Below, in pieces: positions 63,635 through 64,000 of a stretch of 64,000 bases of DNA. Source of the stretch: Cyanobacteriota bacterium (GTDB lineage: Bacteria; Cyanobacteriota; Cyanobacteriia; Cyanobacteriales; Nostocaceae); contig JBJOKS010000020.1 of assembly GCA_046045965.1 (NCBI GenBank), positions 1 through 64,000 on the forward strand, written 5' to 3'. Both the position numbers and the translations under genes were made by a program. Position 1 is the stretch's first letter; each line of letters starts with the position of its first letter. Under the pieces are notes generated by a model. It saw only the letters and a program-made list of their open reading frames with translations, was not told the DNA's origin and did not search any database.

Positions 63635-64000
63635 TTACGGTTCCTCAGACACCTGCACAATTAATTTACCCATTTTATCACCATCAAAAAGTTTGAGAAT
63701 TGCCTTTGGTGCATTTTCCAAACCTGCAACAATTTCTTGAGTATATTTAATTTTTCCCTCTTGTAACCATTGTCCGATATCCCGAAAAGCAACATCAAAT
63801 TGTGGAACATAATCGGTGACAATAAAACCTTGTATTAACAAACGCTGCATTAAAATCTGACTAAAATTATAGGGACCAGGTACAGGTTCTTGAGCATTAT
63901 AAGTGGAAATCAAACCACATAGAGGAATGCGTGCATTTAAATTAACTTGTGTCAAAACAGCGTCAAGAATTTCCCCACCAACATTCTCGAAATAGATATC
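63635..64000 (-). CDS. NADP-dependent oxidoreductase (PTGR/CurA-like), 3' part only
   Basis: Frame continues to the window edge as DIYFENVGG; also CGLISTYN, GLENAP and GKLIV. Confidence 0.88.
   Translation of the reverse strand, partial: DIYFENVGGEILDAVLTQVNLNARIPLCGLISTYNAQEPVPGPYNFSQILMQRLLIQGFIVTDYVPQFDVAFRDIGQWLQEGKIKYTQEIVAGLENAPKAILKLFDGDKMGKLIVQVSEEP

Overview
A 64-kb chromosomal segment from a filamentous cyanobacterium, almost certainly Nostocales. Evidence: frequent HIP1 octamers (GCGATCGC), STRR heptamer arrays, psaM, and a ValRS carrying a CAAD membrane domain. Most of the window is housekeeping or signalling: mgdA, ebsA, yajQ, psaM, Hik2, an ABC1 kinase, valS, thiC with its TPP riboswitch, a PP2C/FHA-kinase pair, NTRC, pyrG, argZ/agrE and an rbp gene. 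Two AT-rich, HIP1-poor accessory regions stand out. (1) A pilin-modification island at about 27.9-40.1 kb, plus a related gene at 43-45.6 kb: a major type IV pilin, two tandem GT41 (O-GlcNAc transferase-like) genes with homogenised catalytic halves, four SAM methyltransferases, and a TPR-GT61. (2) A compact putative anti-phage island at 59.8-62.7 kb: an AlbA_2/Schlafen-like protein convergent with an ABC-ATPase plus stand-alone TOPRIM pair (PARIS-like or split OLD). Other features are a degenerate duplicated amidase, several toxin-antitoxin pairs and remnants, a MITE, REP-like hairpins, and 21-nt insertions into HIP1 sites. No rRNA, tRNA or CRISPR array was seen. All calls come from reading the sequence and motifs by eye; no database search was run.
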